Shown one piece after another: positions 39,160-41,652 of a stretch of 41,652 nucleotides of DNA. Each line of letters starts with the position of its first letter. Positions within the stretch are counted from its first letter, which is position 1. Where the stretch lies: contig CAXMUM010000002.1 of NCBI GenBank assembly GCA_964196585.1, positions 1-41,652 of the forward strand, written 5' to 3'. The position numbers and the translations under genes were made by a program. The DNA comes from an uncultured Opitutaceae bacterium. Its GTDB lineage: Bacteria > Verrucomicrobiota > Verrucomicrobiia > Opitutales > Opitutaceae. The notes beneath the pieces were generated by a model, which did not search any database, was not told where the DNA came from, and worked only from the letters and a program-made list of their open reading frames with translations.

Positions 39160-40164
39160 ATGCATCCTAAGACTGCATCTCTCCTAATCCTCCTGCCTCT
39201 CGTCGGCGTTTTTTCTTCACTCAGCGCCCAAACTGAAAAGACAAAATCTGCCCCTATTGGAGCACGGTTTGCGAATGGAATAGTAGCCATTGTCGAAGAA
39301 AGGATCATTACCGTTGGCGACGTGCAAAGAGCAGTGCAACCTCTCCTCCCTCAGATACGCTCAGAAAGTCGGTCGGAAGCAGAGTTTCGCCAAAAACTGG
39401 AAGAAATTGAGGATACCTTGATTCAGGACCTCGCTGACGAGGTCCTCATCATCAAAGATTTTTATTCTGAAGAAAACCGACGGATACCTCCTTATTTTGT
39501 CGATAACGCCATCAATGAAAGACTCATCAAGGAATTTGACAACGACCGAGGTAGATTTCACGCCTACTTGAGAGCAATTGGGAAAAACGCCCGTGAATAC
39601 CGTGGTATTGTTGAGGAAGAAATGATCGTTGGCTGGATGCGACAAGAAATGCGGAAATCTGAAAGCATCGTCAGTCCAGTAAAGATCGAAGCCTTCTACG
39701 AAACAAATAAAGACCGATTTTACCAAGGAGATGGAGTACACCTTCGACTGATTCAATTGGCGAAAGTAACCGATGAAAGTGACAGCGTGTTAATGCAAAC
39801 AGCCAATAACATTATAAAACAACTGGAAGAAGGTGCTGACTTTGCCAAATTGGCTGAACAACACAGCCAGAACTCGACCCGCAAGAAAGGTGGAGATATG
39901 GGATGGCAAGATCGATCTGATCTACAAGAAAATCTTGCCGAAAGCGCCTTTCTACTTGAGGAAGGTGAATTTAGTCAGCCCATAAAAGTTGGAGAAGATA
40001 TCTTTATTTTACTCGTTGAAGAGAAACGCAGCGCTGGCATTCGACCCATTTCAGCAGTCCGCCCTCAAATTGAGCGCCATCTTCTTTCTCAAATGGCCAA
40101 AAAGGCTGAAGAGAATTGGCTACAGCGTCTTCGAAGAAATGCTTACATCCGTTATTTTAATTAA
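39160..40164 (+). CDS. SurA-like periplasmic parvulin-type peptidyl-prolyl isomerase/chaperone
   Basis: 334-aa ORF with a signal peptide (MHPKTASLLILLPLVGVFSSLSAQ), a SurA-N-like helical domain and a PpiC/parvulin domain (…HSQNSTRKKGGDMGWQDRSDL…FSQPIKVGEDIFILLVEEKR). It starts 3 nt after the mfd stop. Confidence 0.8.
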   Translation: MHPKTASLLILLPLVGVFSSLSAQTEKTKSAPIGARFANGIVAIVEERIITVGDVQRAVQPLLPQIRSESRSEAEFRQKLEEIEDTLIQDLADEVLIIKDFYSEENRRIPPYFVDNAINERLIKEFDNDRGRFHAYLRAIGKNAREYRGIVEEEMIVGWMRQEMRKSESIVSPVKIEAFYETNKDRFYQGDGVHLRLIQLAKVTDESDSVLMQTANNIIKQLEEGADFAKLAEQHSQNSTRKKGGDMGWQDRSDLQENLAESAFLLEEGEFSQPIKVGEDIFILLVEEKRSAGIRPISAVRPQIERHLLSQMAKKAEENWLQRLRRNAYIRYFN

Positions 40165-40194
40165 CGGAATGTTCACCCATCAATAAGAGAAAGA

Positions 40195-40947
40195 CTAATG
40201 GACGCTTTCTCCTTTAGCGGTAATGGGTTCACAAGCTTCTTTTACATTTGGACAACTGTCGATCCACACTCCCTCTGGACGAGCCCAGCTAACTCCATTT
40301 GATATTACTTTGCGTACATTCTTATCGTAGTAAGTCGGGTAGGTTTCATGTCCTGGACGAAAATAGAAAATTTTTCCGTTTCCCCTTCGCCAGCAACACC
40401 CACTCCTGAAAACTTCTCCTCCCTCAAACCAGGAAATAAAAACCTGCTCATCTGGAGTTGGTATGCCAAAAGGTTCCCCATACATTTCTTCATTTTCCAA
40501 TTCGAAATAGCGATCAATGCCAGCTGCGATTGGATGTCCTGGATTACATACCCAAAGTCGTTCCTTTTCTCCGGCCTCCCGCCAAGTTAGAGAGCAAGAG
40601 GTTCCCAAAAGTCGCCTAAATATTTTGGAATAGTGACCACTGTGTAAAATAACCAATCCCATCCCATCAAGAACTCTCTTCTGCACACGATCAACCACAG
40701 TATCCTCAACCAAGGCATGCCCAGCATGTCCCCACCAGACAAGCACATCCGTATTGGACAGCCTTTCCTCAGTTAACCCATGTTCTGGCTCTTGCAATGT
40801 AACCGTCGAAACCTCCATGTCTGTTCCTAATTCGCGAATACCTTCCGCTATGGTAGAGTGCATCCCATCAGGATAGATTTTGGCCACAATCGGTATCTTT
40901 TTTTCATGGATATTTTCACCCCAAACAACGACTCTTAATTTTGACAT
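40195..40947 (-). CDS. ThuA-like (trehalose-utilisation) domain protein
   Basis: 250-aa [19 protein letters not shown]..., [11 protein letters not shown]... and ...[13 protein letters not shown] match the ThuA-type class I glutamine-amidotransferase-like fold family. Confidence 0.75.
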   Translation of the reverse strand: MSKLRVVVWGENIHEKKIPIVAKIYPDGMHSTIAEGIRELGTDMEVSTVTLQEPEHGLTEERLSNTDVLVWWGHAGHALVEDTVVDRVQKRVLDGMGLVILHSGHYSKIFRRLLGTSCSLTWREAGEKERLWVCNPGHPIAAGIDRYFELENEEMYGEPFGIPTPDEQVFISWFEGGEVFRSGCCWRRGNGKIFYFRPGHETYPTYYDKNVRKVISNGVSWARPEGVWIDSCPNVKEACEPITAKGESVH

Positions 40948-41026
40948 GGGCGGACCCTAGTTTTATTAAAAAAAGAGGGAAACAAAAAACTTTAAAAATT
41001 ATTATATACCGGAAAGTATATCTGTT

Positions 41027-41560
41027 GTGGGGACCTCTAATACATACCAAGCGATTCGTCTTCGAGACATTGCCATTGCGAAAAGACCACAAGAGTACCT
41101 TAAGAGACTCGGACCCACAGCTCTTAGCGACATCGAACTCCTCGCCATGCTTTTACGCAGTGGGACACAAGGAATGGATGTCTTAAGTATAGCAGGGAAA
41201 TTAATGAGTGAGGCTGGCTCTCTAGCAAAACTCATTACCTGGACAGAGGACGATTTTAGAGAAATAAAGGGTATCGGAAAGGTGAAAGCCATTCAGGAAC
41301 AACGAGCAGTAGCCTAGTTCACCCCAGAGAGGTTTTCCGCGAAGCCATTAAAGTCGGTGCTAGCGCTATCATATGGTATACACAATCACCCAAGTGGTGA
41401 TCCATCACCTAGCTCTGCAGATATCAAAATAACACGCCAGCTTCGAGATGCCTCTCAAACCATCGATATAGAACTAATCGATCACCTCATAATCGGGACA
41501 CGGGAAGCAGATCCCTCTCATTTTGGATTCTATAGTTTTAGAGAATCAGGGATCCTTTAA
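41027..41560 (+). pseudogene. radC: radC (UPF0758/JAB-domain) remnant with an internal deletion and a frameshift
   Basis: Frame A (GTG at 41027) has the HhH N-terminal part (...RPQEYLKRLGPTALSDIELLAMLLRSGTQGMDVLSIAGKLM...IKGIGKVKAIQ) and then a stop at 41317. Frame B reads GTTSSSLVHPREVFREAIKVGASAII from about 41295. Frame C (ORF 41357..41560) reads GIHNHPSGDPSPSSADIKITRQL...IDHLIIG (JAMM motif). Roughly 60 codons between KA(I/F)Q and GT(L)N..VHPRE are absent compared with E. coli YicR. Confidence 0.8.
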
Positions 41561-41652
41561 CACAAGCAACAGGAGATCCTTACAACGCCTTCCAAATATT
41601 TCCATTAGGGTTATAACAGAACTTTTGAAAAAAACCTTGCTCTTTGGGCCGA

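Noticed and set aside
1-41652. I looked for CRISPR arrays, IS/transposase or integrase genes, tRNA/rRNA genes, toxin-antitoxin pairs and known defence-system hallmarks.
   Set aside because: None was recognised by eye in the ORFs or intergenic regions. The longest non-coding gaps (13597..13810, 24146..24492, 26478..26654, 30888..31050, 34852..35022) look like AT-rich promoter regions without tRNA-like or repeat-spacer structure. A covariance-model scan (Infernal/tRNAscan) would be needed to exclude small ncRNAs.
41583-41652. A possible 3' end of a minus-strand gene entering from the right edge (e.g. …GFFQKFCYNPNGNIWKAL* ending at 41583).
   Set aside because: Only about 23 codons are visible, several frames are open, and identity cannot be supported.

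Overview
The window is a chromosomal, mostly core-genome segment with tightly packed genes. I saw no rRNA or tRNA genes, CRISPR array, transposase, integrase or recognisable defence module. The left third (1..13662, minus strand) is a near-canonical dcw cell-wall/division cluster: mraZ-rsmH-ftsL(like)-ftsI-murE-murF-mraY-murD-[LysM protein]-ftsW-murG-murC, with murC cut by the window edge. Next comes a small accessory-looking carbohydrate island (13811..21494): an AraC regulator, a GH4 glycosidase, a PhyH-type Fe/2OG dioxygenase and two large glycoside-hydrolase-like proteins without signal peptides. The rest is housekeeping: DUF971, lpxA, fused lpxC-fabZ, efp, a divergent thymidine-phosphorylase homologue, argS, a GYF membrane protein, a YihY/BrkB protein, PpiD-like and SurA-like chaperones, an FmdB zinc ribbon, miaA, trpA, rnc, mfd, a ThuA-like protein and a degraded radC. 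Gene content (lpxC-fabZ fusion, many cytoplasmic GH-like genes, ThuA, GYF_2) suggests a Gram-negative of the PVC/Verrucomicrobiota type, but that is only a low-confidence inference. I do not see a convincing new multi-gene system. The points most worth a second look are listed here.
- A triple-LysM protein is inserted between murD and ftsW.
- A 10-bp-phased TGGG repeat array upstream of mraZ is a candidate MraZ operator.
- A GH-like/GH-like/PhyH operon sits in the carbohydrate island.
- EF-P has Asn at the normally modified loop tip.
- The thymidine-phosphorylase homologue lacks the family signature loop.
- Two genes are disrupted: murF by a frameshift in a C4 run, and radC by an internal deletion plus a frameshift.
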